Below, in pieces: positions 51,871 through 60,809 of a DNA stretch of 64,000 nucleotides; the stretch's first letter is position 1, and each line of letters begins with the position of its first letter. Source of the DNA: Candidatus Xenobia bacterium (GTDB taxonomy: Bacteria; Vulcanimicrobiota; Xenobia; Xenobiales; QWHO01); contig BTUM01000005.1 in the NCBI GenBank assembly GCA_045863235.1, positions 122,912 to 186,911 of the forward strand, read 5' to 3'. Below the pieces are notes generated by a model. It saw nothing but the letters and a program-made list of their open reading frames with translations, had not been told where the DNA came from and did no database searches. The position numbers were made by a program, and so were the translations under genes.

Positions 51871-52152
51871 GTGGCCAGCCCTGAAGAGGTTCGACATCCC
51901 TACGTCACGTCTCGTCCCGATGTGTGCGGCGGTAGCCCGGTCATTGTGGATACAAGATTCCCGGTGCGATCGGTGGTCAACTACGTCCTCAAACAGGGTC
52001 TTTCTCCGGAGGAGTTGGTGTTGGAGTTTCCTCACCTGACCCTCGCTAAAGTCTACGATGCGCTTTCCTACTACTACGACTACCAAGCTGAGGTCGACGC
52101 AGAGATCGAGGAGTGCACCGAGGCGCATTTGAAGCCGAAAAAGATCGCTTAG
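51871..52152 (+). CDS. DUF433-family protein (antitoxin-like partner)
   Basis: RPDVCGGSPVIVDTRFPVRSVVNYVLKQGLSPEELVLEFPHLTLAKVYDALSYY matches the DUF433 consensus. Local GC is markedly lower than flanking DNA. Confidence 0.75.
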   Translation: MASPEEVRHPYVTSRPDVCGGSPVIVDTRFPVRSVVNYVLKQGLSPEELVLEFPHLTLAKVYDALSYYYDYQAEVDAEIEECTEAHLKPKKIA

Positions 52153-52506
52153 ATGGCCTCGCCTCGCATCCTCTGTGACGAGGATGTCCGAATCTTGCTC
52201 GCAGAGGTCCTTCGGCAGAGAGGTTACGACGCGGTCCACGTGTCCGAGCAGAATCGGTCAGGCAAGACTGACATCGAGCAACTGGAATTCGCAGTGGAAG
52301 AACGCCGTGCATTCCTGACTCACAATGTTGGAGACTTTGTCGTGTTGCATCGAAGGTTTGGGGAAGAGGGTCGAAGCCATTTTGGAATCATCGTCTCCGA
52401 CCAACTACCCTTTGGTGAGTTGCTTCGCCGAACTCTGCGTTTCGTGAGTCGATTCACGGCCGACGAACTGAACAATCGGCTCATCTGGCTGCATGACTTC
52501 AAGTAA
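52153..52506 (+). CDS. DUF5615 / PIN-like (Mut7-C-like) putative toxin, partner of DUF433
   Basis: Starts 1 nt after the DUF433 stop. Conserved acidic residues (ILCDEDV...D...THNVGDF). DUF433-DUF5615 gene pairs are recognised putative TA modules. Confidence 0.65.
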   Translation: MASPRILCDEDVRILLAEVLRQRGYDAVHVSEQNRSGKTDIEQLEFAVEERRAFLTHNVGDFVVLHRRFGEEGRSHFGIIVSDQLPFGELLRRTLRFVSRFTADELNNRLIWLHDFK

Positions 52507-52926
52507 GGTGAGAATGAGGGTGACAGGAGTCGGCGATCCCGAGCAACGAGCGCGAGCAGGCCCTAGGCCAGTTCAAGGATGAAGCTCGGTGCCAAGTTCA
52601 TGTTGGCTGCGTCTTTGCCCTGGCAATGCTGGTCGTGTCCTGCGCCAGCATGGTGATGTACGCTGTAAACACGCAGATGCCAACCGATGAGTCACCTTCG
52701 CCGGCGTGCGCCAAGCAAGTGGAGGAGCCGAGCAAGCATCCTGAAGAGGCAAAGCCGTGACGTGAAGCCTCGCGAGCTCGTTTGCCGCTTCGAGGAGGGT
52801 GATCACTGGGAGGTCTGGCGGGAGTTCCAGAAAGGCGCGGGTGGGTGGCCTGTATTTCGCGCTCGCACGGCGGGGGCGACGAGGACGCCAATCTGGCGGG
52901 GGTCTGCGAGGTGCATCACCAGGGGC

Positions 52927-53185
52927 ACTTGCACGGGGGCACGATGAAGGCCCGACGCGAGCGAAGCGGGAGCATCCTGTGGCAGGTCGGGATTCGGAAC
53001 GGTCAGCCTTACCGGGTATTCCGCGACGACGTGAGGCTCGGGCGCCGTCGGTCTGGTTGCACGGGGACACGATGAAGGCCCGGCGCGAGCAAGGCGGGAC
53101 CATCCTGTGGCAGGTCGGGATTCGGAATGGTCAGGCTTATCGGGTGTTCCGCGACGACAGGTGGAGTTCGAGACGACTGACTTCC
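52927..53185 (+). repeat. 128-bp tandem direct duplication (two copies, about 90% identical over the first ~100 nt), each carrying an RBS-like GGGG(A/G) plus a small ORF
   Basis: Copy 1 ORF 52944..53075 (MKARRERSGSILWQVGIRNGQPYRVFRDDVRLGRRRSGCTGTR). Copy 2 ORF 53072..53230 (MKARREQGGTILWQVGIRNGQAYRVFRDDRWSS...). ATGA overlap between them. Half of the 8 nt differences across the conserved 87 nt are synonymous. Confidence 0.5.
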
Positions 53186-53419
53186 TCGGGGCTCCTGAGG
53201 AGCCGTGAGGGCTTCGAGAAGCAGGGCTAGCTCGAAGGTGCTCGGTCCAGGTCCCCAGGCCGCGGCGAGCCCGGGTCGAACATGCCCTCAGCCGAGTCCT
53301 CAAACAACCATCAGGCCGCGGCCCGCAGGCTTTCATTCAGGTTGGAAGGGTTCTGGTCGTTGAGGCAGTAGGCGTGCTCCCACGATGCCGCCCGCCTCGT
53401 CCCTCGGGCCTGACTTCCG

Positions 53420-54001
53420 TCATGATCCCGCGGCCCTGGGGAGCACCACGCTTCCCACCAGCACGCTGTCCCCACGCTCGTCCACGGCTCCTCCCACGGG
53501 CGCCTCGATCAGGGTCAGGGGCTGGCGAAGCGACTCGTAGGCCTCTCGGGCCGCGGTCAGGCTCTCTTGCTGGGCCTGACGCTCGGCTTGCAGCTTCTGG
53601 CTTGACAGGCGCTCCAGGTGCAGGGAGACGGTGGCATCCACGCTCTTCAGACTTACGTCCGCGAACTTCATCGAGGAGTGGACGCCGACCATCAGGGCGC
53701 CCAGACCGAGAGCCGCCACCACGCCTCCGGCCAGTCCGACCGGAATCGCCTGGAAGGCCATGCCACCCATCAGGACGGCTGCCCCGCCGATCAGCGTGTA
53801 GCAACCCACTCTGGGCAGCTCGTTGGCTCGCCACTTCAAGCGCTCGCGCTGAGCCTCCGTTTCCTCGGCCCTGCGCTCGAGCCGGTCACACTTCTCCTGG
53901 CTGGCCTGGTAGAGTTGCTCCAGCCCCCGGAGTTTTTCTTCCTGCTGCTCGACCTGCTGGCGCGCGGCCACGAGCTGAGGCGGATCGCTGCGGAGGATCA
54001 T
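53420..54001 (-). CDS. Hypothetical coiled-coil membrane protein (central double-TM hairpin flanked by coiled coils)
   Basis: 193 aa. N-terminal and C-terminal coiled coils (QQEEKLRGLEQLYQASQEKCDRLERRAEETEAQRERL; LSSQKLQAERQAQQESL). Central hydrophobic GCYTLIGGAAVLMGGMAFQAIPVGLAGGVVAALGLGALMVGV. Start overlaps the upstream gene stop (ATGA). Confidence 0.6.
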   Translation of the reverse strand: MILRSDPPQLVAARQQVEQQEEKLRGLEQLYQASQEKCDRLERRAEETEAQRERLKWRANELPRVGCYTLIGGAAVLMGGMAFQAIPVGLAGGVVAALGLGALMVGVHSSMKFADVSLKSVDATVSLHLERLSSQKLQAERQAQQESLTAAREAYESLRQPLTLIEAPVGGAVDERGDSVLVGSVVLPRAAGS

Positions 54002-55221
54002 TCGCGCCCCTTCTTGTTGCGAACCACCACACCCCCGATGACCAGGTTGCCCTGGTCGTTTTGTCCCACCGCCTGGGGCGGGGTGGGGGGCTGGCCACCG
54101 CGCTCGAGCACGAAGACCTGGCTGAGGCGCTGGCGGGCCCCGGCTGAATCCTCCTGGGCAAAGCGCGTGATGGCCTGGCGCACGTAGTCGATCTTACGGT
54201 CGTTGGCGGTGGCTCCCGGTGACCCGGCCGGGCCGGACGAGATCTCGCCGAACAGCTCGGCTCGCTCCTCCAGGGTTTCCCGCTCCACCATCACCGCCAT
54301 CAGGGGCAGGGCCTCGGCGGCTTGATCGACTCCGTGGCGGCGGGCCAGGTCGACCAGAGCGTCGGCCACCCGCAGGCGGTCCTGGGGCTCGAAATTGCAG
54401 GCGATCGCGCCGTAAAGATGGGCCGATTGCCGCAGGTCGGTCACCTGGCTGAGCTGAGCCAGGCATCGCATCCGCTCCTCGGGGTCGGGGCCGCTGTAGG
54501 CCGCCTCCCAGAAGTCGGCCCGCTGCTGAGCGTTCAGGCCCGCGGGCAGCAGCGGGTCGAGGGTGCGAGCCAGGGCATAGCGCTCGACGAGCTGGTCGGG
54601 CTGCTCCACCACAGCCGGGTTGAAGGGGATGCGCGGGCCGTCCGCCGAGCTTACCCAGATCACCTTGTCCTGCTGCTCGACCACCCGGCAGTAGGCTCGA
54701 AAAGCGTCGTGATCGGTGTCGGTGAAGACGGTGCGGCTGTCTGAGCCCGAGCTATGGAAAGCAAAGTCCTGCTCAGAGAGCTGTTTCAGGCCATCGGCCA
54801 GGGCCGGGCGGGCCAGTCCGAAGTCCTGTCCGCTGGCGTGGAAGTAGCACAGCGCGCTTACCGTCTCGGCCGAACGGATGTCGATCGGCTTTCGCTGTCC
54901 CGGCGGACGCACCGCCAGGCGCCCGTGGCGCTCGCCGGTGGCCACGAAGCGATAGAGGGCCAGCCGGTCCTTGGGGGCGCCGTCCATGGCGCCGCGCATC
55001 TCGAGCACGGTGAACTTGTGGTCGGCCAGGTCCTTGACGGCCAGGGCCAGCCGGTCCTCGGTCTGGCCCAGGTGCACGGCCTCGAGCTGCGCCAGCTCGG
55101 CCTCCTCCACCTGGATGGGCACCGTGTCGCGCCCGCTGCGCACGCTGAAGGTCTCTCCCTCGCGGTTGAGGCGCACGCCGCTCTGGCGCAGGCGATCGAG
55201 TCGGGCAGAATCCACCAGCAT
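53998..55221 (-). CDS. Hypothetical protein (407 aa), first gene of a two-gene operon with the coiled-coil membrane protein
   Basis: High-GC, protein-like ORF. 4-bp start/stop overlap with the downstream gene. No domain recognised. Confidence 0.6.
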   Translation of the reverse strand: MLVDSARLDRLRQSGVRLNREGETFSVRSGRDTVPIQVEEAELAQLEAVHLGQTEDRLALAVKDLADHKFTVLEMRGAMDGAPKDRLALYRFVATGERHGRLAVRPPGQRKPIDIRSAETVSALCYFHASGQDFGLARPALADGLKQLSEQDFAFHSSGSDSRTVFTDTDHDAFRAYCRVVEQQDKVIWVSSADGPRIPFNPAVVEQPDQLVERYALARTLDPLLPAGLNAQQRADFWEAAYSGPDPEERMRCLAQLSQVTDLRQSAHLYGAIACNFEPQDRLRVADALVDLARRHGVDQAAEALPLMAVMVERETLEERAELFGEISSGPAGSPGATANDRKIDYVRQAITRFAQEDSAGARQRLSQVFVLERGGQPPTPPQAVGQNDQGNLVIGGVVVRNKKGRE

Positions 55222-55352
55222 GCCGGCAAGGGTAGCACGGCGCTCTGAAAATGATCTGAAAGTTCATCCACAGTTTACCAACAGCCCCCCCTGTTCACGT
55301 TATCGTGACGTTGTTGTTCTCGGGGGAGCAGCTCAGAAAACGAGGAGGACCC

Positions 55353-57590
55353 ATGATCCGCGACCTGCAGAATTTCGCCCTCAACACCAACCAGGCTGTC
55401 ACCCGCCCGAGCTGCTCGTGCGGATCGTGCGCAAAGTGCGCCCCGAAGGCCGCCGATCCGAAGGAGACGGTGGAGCTCGGCTCCTCCTCCCCCAAGTCGG
55501 CTCCTCAACTGAGCTTACAGTCTCGCATCGCCTCGGTGTCGGCCGAGGCCGCCCACCTCGAGCAGAAGCTCAACGAGCACGTCGAGGGCGAGGTGATCGT
55601 CAAGCTCAAGCCGGGCAGCCAGGGCCTGGATGACTTCGCGGCCGAGTTCGGTGGTCAGACCCTGCACAAGTTCGACATCCCCAAGGACATCTACCAGAGC
55701 TTCGGCGGCGACCTGCTGCACATCAAGCTGCCGGCCGGCATGAGCACGGCCGCGGGCATCGCCCTGATGAGCAAGGACGAGCGGGTGGCCTACGCCACCA
55801 CCAACGACGTCCTCAAGGCCCTGGGCGACCCGGTCGGCCCCAACGACCTCGACCCCAAGCTGTGGGGCCTGCACAACACCGGCCAGAACGGCGGCACCGC
55901 CGACGCCGACATCGACGCCCCCGAGGCCTGGGCCACCAGCATCGGCTCGCGCTCGGGCCCGGTCATCGCGGTGATCGACACGGGCGTGGACTACAACCAC
56001 CCCGACCTTCGCGCCAACATCTGGACCAACCCCAACGAGATCCCTGGTGACGGTATCGACAACGACAACAACGGCGTGGTGGACGACGTGCACGGTTACA
56101 ACGCCATCAATGGCTCGGGCAACCCGATGGACGACCACTATCACGGCACCCACTGCGCCGGCACCATCGGTGCCGAGGGCAACAACGGCCAGGGCGTGGT
56201 GGGCGTGCAGTGGGAAGCGCAGATCATGCCGGTCAAGTTCCTCTCGGGTTCGGGCAGCGGCACCCTGGCCGACGCCGTCAAGGCCATCCTTTACGCCGGG
56301 CGCAACGGAGCCCGCATTACCTCCAACTCGTGGGGCGGCGGCGGCTACAACCAGGCGCTCTATGACGCCCTGAAGAGCTCGCCCAGCCTGCACATCTTCG
56401 CGGCCGGCAACGAGTCCAACAACAACGACCGTCGTCCCGCCTACCCGGCCAGCTACGACCTGCCCAACATCGTCAGCGTGGGCGCCTCGGACAAGAACAA
56501 CCGCCAGGCTTCCTTCTCGAACTACGGCGCCAAGACGGTCGACCTGCACGCCCCGGGCGTGGACATCTACTCCACCGTCACCAATGGCGGCTACCGCAAC
56601 CTGTCGGGCACGTCGATGGCCTGCCCCCACGTCTCGGGCGTGGCCGGCCTGATCGCCACCGCCTATCCCGACGCCACCAACGACCAGATCAAGGCTCGCC
56701 TGATGAACGGCGCCGTCAAGGTGCCCGCCTTCGAGGGCAAGTCGGTTACCGGCGGCCTCTTGAACGCGCCTAACTCGCTCGACAACGACAGCCGTCCCCC
56801 GGCCGCGCCCAACGACTTCCGCGTCAGCGGCTCCACGGCCAACTCGGTCACCTTGAACTGGACGGCCACCGGCGACGACGGCTGGTGCGGACAGGCCTCG
56901 GGCTACGAGGTGCGCCTCGCGGACAAGCCCATCGTGGACGGCGAGGCGGCCGAGAACCAGGTGAGCTTCGACGAGGCGGCCTCGGTTCCGACCGGCTCTC
57001 CTTCGGCCACCGGCACCATCGAAGGCGCCACCATCAGCGTGCCGCTCTCGGATACCGACAAGACCTACCACGTGGCTCTCAAGGTGACCGATAACGTGGG
57101 CAACCGCTCGGAGATCCGCACCGCCGAAGTGCGCGTTCCGGCCGCCACGGTGGCCTTCAAGGACGACTTCGAGGGCGAAGAGGCCAACTTCACCCCCGAG
57201 GGCCAGTGGGGCCGGGTCGAGATCGAGGGCCGGGGCAAGGTCTGGACCGACACCCCCAACGGAAACTACGACAACAGCCAGAACACCTCGCTGACCTCGC
57301 GGGCCATCGACCTGGGGAACCTGTCGGGCAGCACCCTGGTGTTCGACTCCAAGATCGACTCCGAGCAGAACTACGACAAGGCCAACATCGAGGTCAGCAC
57401 CGACGGTCAGACCTGGAACAAGCTGGCCGAGCTGACCGGGCAGCAGGACTGGACCAAGCAGCAGGTCGACCTGTCGGCCTACGACGGCCAGAGCGTGCAG
57501 GTGCGCTTCCGCTTCCAGTCCGATAGCTCCCAGGTGGGCGACGGGTTCTACCTCGACAACGTGATGATCGCCGGCTCGCCGCGCCAGTAG
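55353..57590 (+). CDS. Subtilisin-like serine protease (S8) with I9 propeptide, FN3-like and C-terminal MAM-like domain (paralog C)
   Basis: Start ATG 55353 with RBS GGAGGA-N5. Triad blocks VIDTGVDYNHPDL, HGTHCAGTIGAEG, GTSMACPHVSGVAGLI. FN3-like (VTLNWTATGDDG). MAM-like C-terminus (WGRVEIEGRGKVWTDTP...YDKANIEVSTDGQTWNKL...GFYLDNVMI). N-terminus MIRDLQNF plus Cys-rich SCSCGSCAKC, no signal peptide. About 70% identity to paralog A across the catalytic domain. Confidence 0.9.
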   Translation: MIRDLQNFALNTNQAVTRPSCSCGSCAKCAPKAADPKETVELGSSSPKSAPQLSLQSRIASVSAEAAHLEQKLNEHVEGEVIVKLKPGSQGLDDFAAEFGGQTLHKFDIPKDIYQSFGGDLLHIKLPAGMSTAAGIALMSKDERVAYATTNDVLKALGDPVGPNDLDPKLWGLHNTGQNGGTADADIDAPEAWATSIGSRSGPVIAVIDTGVDYNHPDLRANIWTNPNEIPGDGIDNDNNGVVDDVHGYNAINGSGNPMDDHYHGTHCAGTIGAEGNNGQGVVGVQWEAQIMPVKFLSGSGSGTLADAVKAILYAGRNGARITSNSWGGGGYNQALYDALKSSPSLHIFAAGNESNNNDRRPAYPASYDLPNIVSVGASDKNNRQASFSNYGAKTVDLHAPGVDIYSTVTNGGYRNLSGTSMACPHVSGVAGLIATAYPDATNDQIKARLMNGAVKVPAFEGKSVTGGLLNAPNSLDNDSRPPAAPNDFRVSGSTANSVTLNWTATGDDGWCGQASGYEVRLADKPIVDGEAAENQVSFDEAASVPTGSPSATGTIEGATISVPLSDTDKTYHVALKVTDNVGNRSEIRTAEVRVPAATVAFKDDFEGEEANFTPEGQWGRVEIEGRGKVWTDTPNGNYDNSQNTSLTSRAIDLGNLSGSTLVFDSKIDSEQNYDKANIEVSTDGQTWNKLAELTGQQDWTKQQVDLSAYDGQSVQVRFRFQSDSSQVGDGFYLDNVMIAGSPRQ

Positions 57591-57605
57591 AAGCTGGTCG
57601 GACTC

Positions 57606-57640
57606 AAAAGAGCACCGCTCGCGAGGGCGGTGCTCTTTTT
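57606..57640 (+). terminator. Rho-independent terminator
   Basis: GAGCACCGC-TCGCGAGG-GCGGTGCTC hairpin followed by TTTTT, 16 nt after the paralog C stop. Confidence 0.75.
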
Positions 57641-57701
57641 CACGCTGCGCCGGCCTGAAGGCCAGAAAGGGCTGGAGCCCGAAACTACTACGAGGACGAG
57701 C

Positions 57702-60700
57702 ATGGGACAGAGGGGGTGCCTGGTGGCCATCGAGGACTTGAACGCAGTCGCCCGCGCCGCTCAAGAGTCCGGCCAGTTGCGCCGGCCACCCCGGCCTGTC
57801 GAAGAGCAGGCTCCCCCTCCCGCGGCTCCGGCCGGGCCAAAGGCCCAAGAAGAGCTGGAGCTGAGCGGACCCTCTCGCCAGATTCAGGCCCGCGAGGAGC
57901 TCGAGCAATCGCTCGAGGGGGTGGTTTCCAGCTCCCCCGCGCCTGCAGAGCCGCCCCGGCGTCTCGAAGCCATGAAGGCCCGCCAGCAGCTCGAGGGGGG
58001 CTTGCAGGACATTGTCGGCCAGGAGACACCGGCGGCCGAAGCTGAGGTCGGCCAGGCATCCGAAGCTCAGCTGCCGCCGAGAGCGGCGCCCGAGAAGGGC
58101 CAGGGTACGCTTCCTCCCACCCTCTGGAACGAGCACGCCGTCAACACCGTCAACCAGAAGGGCCTCGAGCAAGGCTCTATTTCGCAAGAGCAGATCGATC
58201 GCAATACGAAGCTGGCCGAAGAGCACGGGGCCCGTGGGGGAGGGCTGGACCTGGCCAGCCTGGCCCGCGAGGTGGGTGTGGAGCCGGCGCGACTTGACCC
58301 CAACCAACTCGAGGCAGCTCGGCGCTACGTCGAGGACGGCGATCCGGCCCAGCAGTCCGAGCGCCTGCGCAAGGCGCTGAACAACCTCAACGTGCTCGAT
58401 CAGGGCGGACTTCCGAAGATGAGCCGCCAGGAGACCAACGACCTGATGTGGGGAGTGGCCCGGGTTCCGGGCCACGCCACTCAGAAGCTGGACGAGCAGG
58501 GACTGAGCCAGACCTTCCAGGAGGTGGCCGCGGCCGTGGCCTCGCCCGGTCAGCACAAGCTCAAGGTCGGCCAGCACACCCTGGAGATGAAGGTCGACCA
58601 GAGCGGCCAGGTGACCGAGTCGGAGACGAAGGCGCCCAGCGCGCTGAGCAAGATCGGCGGCTTCCTCAAGACGGCCATCCCGGTGGCGGCCACCGTGGCC
58701 GCCTTCATCCCGGGCGTAGGCACGGCCGTGGCCGCCGGCCTGCGCATCGCCTCCTCGGCCATTTCAGGCATCAGCGCCATCAAGGACAAGAACTTCCTGG
58801 GCGCGCTGGGAGCCGTGGCCGGGGGCGTGGGGGCAGGCTTCAGCCTGGGCAGCTCGGCTGCCGCCGCCCGGGTGGCCAGCGTGGCCGATTCCGTGGGTGC
58901 CGGCTCGCGCGGGGTCCAGAGCATCAAGCAGGGCGGCGTGCTCGGCGTGGTCGGGGGCGTGGCCGGTGTGGCCGGGGCGGCCGCGGGTCTTTCGGGGCTC
59001 GACGACGCCGGTAAGGTCCAGGACATCTCCGGCAAGGTGTCCACCACGGCCAATCGAGTGGAGACAGCTCAGCGCTTCCGCACCGCCAGCGGAGCGGTGG
59101 AGCAGGCCGAGCAGCAGCTGACCGCGGCCCGCGCAACGGGCGACGCGGCCGCCATCGCGCGGGCCGAGAAGCAGCTCGACGAGGCCCGCCGCCTCAAGCA
59201 GACGGCCCTGCTGGCCGGGCTGGGGACGGCGGCCGAGGTGGGAGCGGCCCACACCTCCGGGGGCGCCTCCAACGCTCTGGGCTATGCCTCGCGGGGGCTC
59301 GACCTGACGGCTGACCTGAAGAACAAGGATTACCTGGGAGCGGCTGCCTCGGCCACCGGCATCGCAGCCCGGGCTTCCGGCTCGCAGAGCCTGCAGGACG
59401 CCTCCCGGGTGGCCGACCAGAGCAACAACTTCCGCCTGGCCAGCCAGGCCGAAAGCCGGGCCCGGCAGGCCCTGCAGGACGCCGAGCGCAACCTGCAGCT
59501 GGCCCGCAACTCGGGCGACCCCGAGGCCGTGCGCCAGGCCGAGCAGGCGCTCTCCTCGGCTCGCGAGCAGCGCGATTTTGCGCAGAGTAACAGCTACTTT
59601 GCCGGTGACCAGATGGCCCGCACGGGTCAGGCCATCGGCCAGCGGATCGAGACCGATCGCCGATTCCAGGCCAACCTCAAGGAGCTGCAACCCTCTCTGG
59701 ATCAGGCTCGCCAGGCCTCTGACCAGCTTGAGGCAGCCGCCCGCAATCCCCGGGCCACGGGCGGGTTCCAGGACCTGGCGGCGCAAGCTCGCGCCGGCCT
59801 GCAGTCGGCCGAGGGCGAGCTGGCCGATGCCCTCGCGAGCGGCGACAAGAGCCGCATCGCCGAGGCTCGGGGGCGTTTTGAGGCCGCCAGCAGCCTGGCC
59901 TCGGAGCGAGCCCGACTGATCGAGGCAGCGGTGGCGCCGGCGGCTCTGCCCACTGCTGGTCTGGCGACAAGCTTGACGTTGCCCCCCGGCCAGCCCCCGG
60001 TCCAGGTCCAGGGCTCGCCAGCCCCTTCCGGCAACCGGGCCCAGCTTCCCAGGGCCGGGGTCAGGCCGCCCCTGGCGGCCCCCCAGCCGACCTCCGAGCC
60101 GTCCGAGCCGGGCCGGGTCTCGCCCTCCTGGGTGTTCGACGAGTCGCGCTACGAGATCCCGGCCAGCGGCAAGTACGTCCTGGGGCCTGACGGTCGGCCT
60201 TACGACGAGTCCGGCCAGCCCATTGCAGTGCGCCCCGTGGCGCCGGGCGACTATCGCGAGGCCGGGATGCGCTTGCTCGAGCACGAGCTCAGCTCCAACC
60301 TGCCCAACACCACCGATCGGCGTCGCCCTCAGGACGTGCTGGCCCTGGTCATGGCCGCCCGCGGGGGCGACAACGGAGGTCCGGTGGATCAAACGGCGCG
60401 CGAGACCATCCGCCAGATCGTGGGCCGCGAGCTCACGGCCCAGGAGTATGGCGATCTCGATCACTATATCGACGGCTGGACTCACGTCGAGGCAACTCCC
60501 GCCGGCGGGGCGCTCAACAGCTTGCAGCGAGGGGCCAGCGCGGTCACGGGCTCGGCAGGCTACGTCTACTGGACCGCCCTCAAGGGTTACTCCCAACTGC
60601 GGGGCGGAAGCAGCGTCGCGGGAGCCTACCAGAACAGCGAGAACACCTCCCGGGCCAACTGGCGGAACTACAACTCCTACAACGTGGGAGCCATCGACGC

Positions 60701-60803
60701 CTTGAAGACGGGCTACCCCTGGGACGCTCCCGAGAAGGGCATCAGCTACTGGGATGCGGTCAAGGCGTCCTGGGGCCTGTTCTGGGGCTCAGGAAGCAAG
60801 TAG
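57702..60803 (+). CDS. Large hypothetical protein (1033 aa): Pro/Glu-rich N-terminus, glycine-zipper hydrophobic region, triple internal coiled-coil repeat, unassigned C-terminal domain
   Basis: Start ATG 57702 with RBS GAGGA. Gly-zipper region IPVAATVAAFIPGVGTAVAAGL...GALGAVAGGVGAGFSLGSS...GGVLGVVGGVAGVAGAAAGLSG. Three repeats of the A-E-x-x-L-(x)n-A-R-x-x-G-D-x-x-A-(I/V)-x-x-A-E pattern (AEQQLTAARATGDAAAIARAEKQLDEAR; AERNLQLARNSGDPEAVRQAEQALSSAR; AEGELADALASGDKSRIAEARGRFEAAS). No signal peptide. Confidence 0.7.
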   Translation: MGQRGCLVAIEDLNAVARAAQESGQLRRPPRPVEEQAPPPAAPAGPKAQEELELSGPSRQIQAREELEQSLEGVVSSSPAPAEPPRRLEAMKARQQLEGGLQDIVGQETPAAEAEVGQASEAQLPPRAAPEKGQGTLPPTLWNEHAVNTVNQKGLEQGSISQEQIDRNTKLAEEHGARGGGLDLASLAREVGVEPARLDPNQLEAARRYVEDGDPAQQSERLRKALNNLNVLDQGGLPKMSRQETNDLMWGVARVPGHATQKLDEQGLSQTFQEVAAAVASPGQHKLKVGQHTLEMKVDQSGQVTESETKAPSALSKIGGFLKTAIPVAATVAAFIPGVGTAVAAGLRIASSAISGISAIKDKNFLGALGAVAGGVGAGFSLGSSAAAARVASVADSVGAGSRGVQSIKQGGVLGVVGGVAGVAGAAAGLSGLDDAGKVQDISGKVSTTANRVETAQRFRTASGAVEQAEQQLTAARATGDAAAIARAEKQLDEARRLKQTALLAGLGTAAEVGAAHTSGGASNALGYASRGLDLTADLKNKDYLGAAASATGIAARASGSQSLQDASRVADQSNNFRLASQAESRARQALQDAERNLQLARNSGDPEAVRQAEQALSSAREQRDFAQSNSYFAGDQMARTGQAIGQRIETDRRFQANLKELQPSLDQARQASDQLEAAARNPRATGGFQDLAAQARAGLQSAEGELADALASGDKSRIAEARGRFEAASSLASERARLIEAAVAPAALPTAGLATSLTLPPGQPPVQVQGSPAPSGNRAQLPRAGVRPPLAAPQPTSEPSEPGRVSPSWVFDESRYEIPASGKYVLGPDGRPYDESGQPIAVRPVAPGDYREAGMRLLEHELSSNLPNTTDRRRPQDVLALVMAARGGDNGGPVDQTARETIRQIVGRELTAQEYGDLDHYIDGWTHVEATPAGGALNSLQRGASAVTGSAGYVYWTALKGYSQLRGGSSVAGAYQNSENTSRANWRNYNSYNVGAIDALKTGYPWDAPEKGISYWDAVKASWGLFWGSGSK

Positions 60804-60809
60804 CCTCTC

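Noticed and set aside
55515-58577. 1020-aa ORF on the minus strand
   Set aside because: Antisense of subtilase paralog C and the start of the 1033-aa protein. Low-complexity Gly/Arg/Ala composition. A terminator on the plus strand sits inside it.
58764-60596. 610-aa ORF on the minus strand
   Set aside because: Antisense of the large glycine-zipper protein gene. Arg/Gly/Ala-rich with no domain signal.
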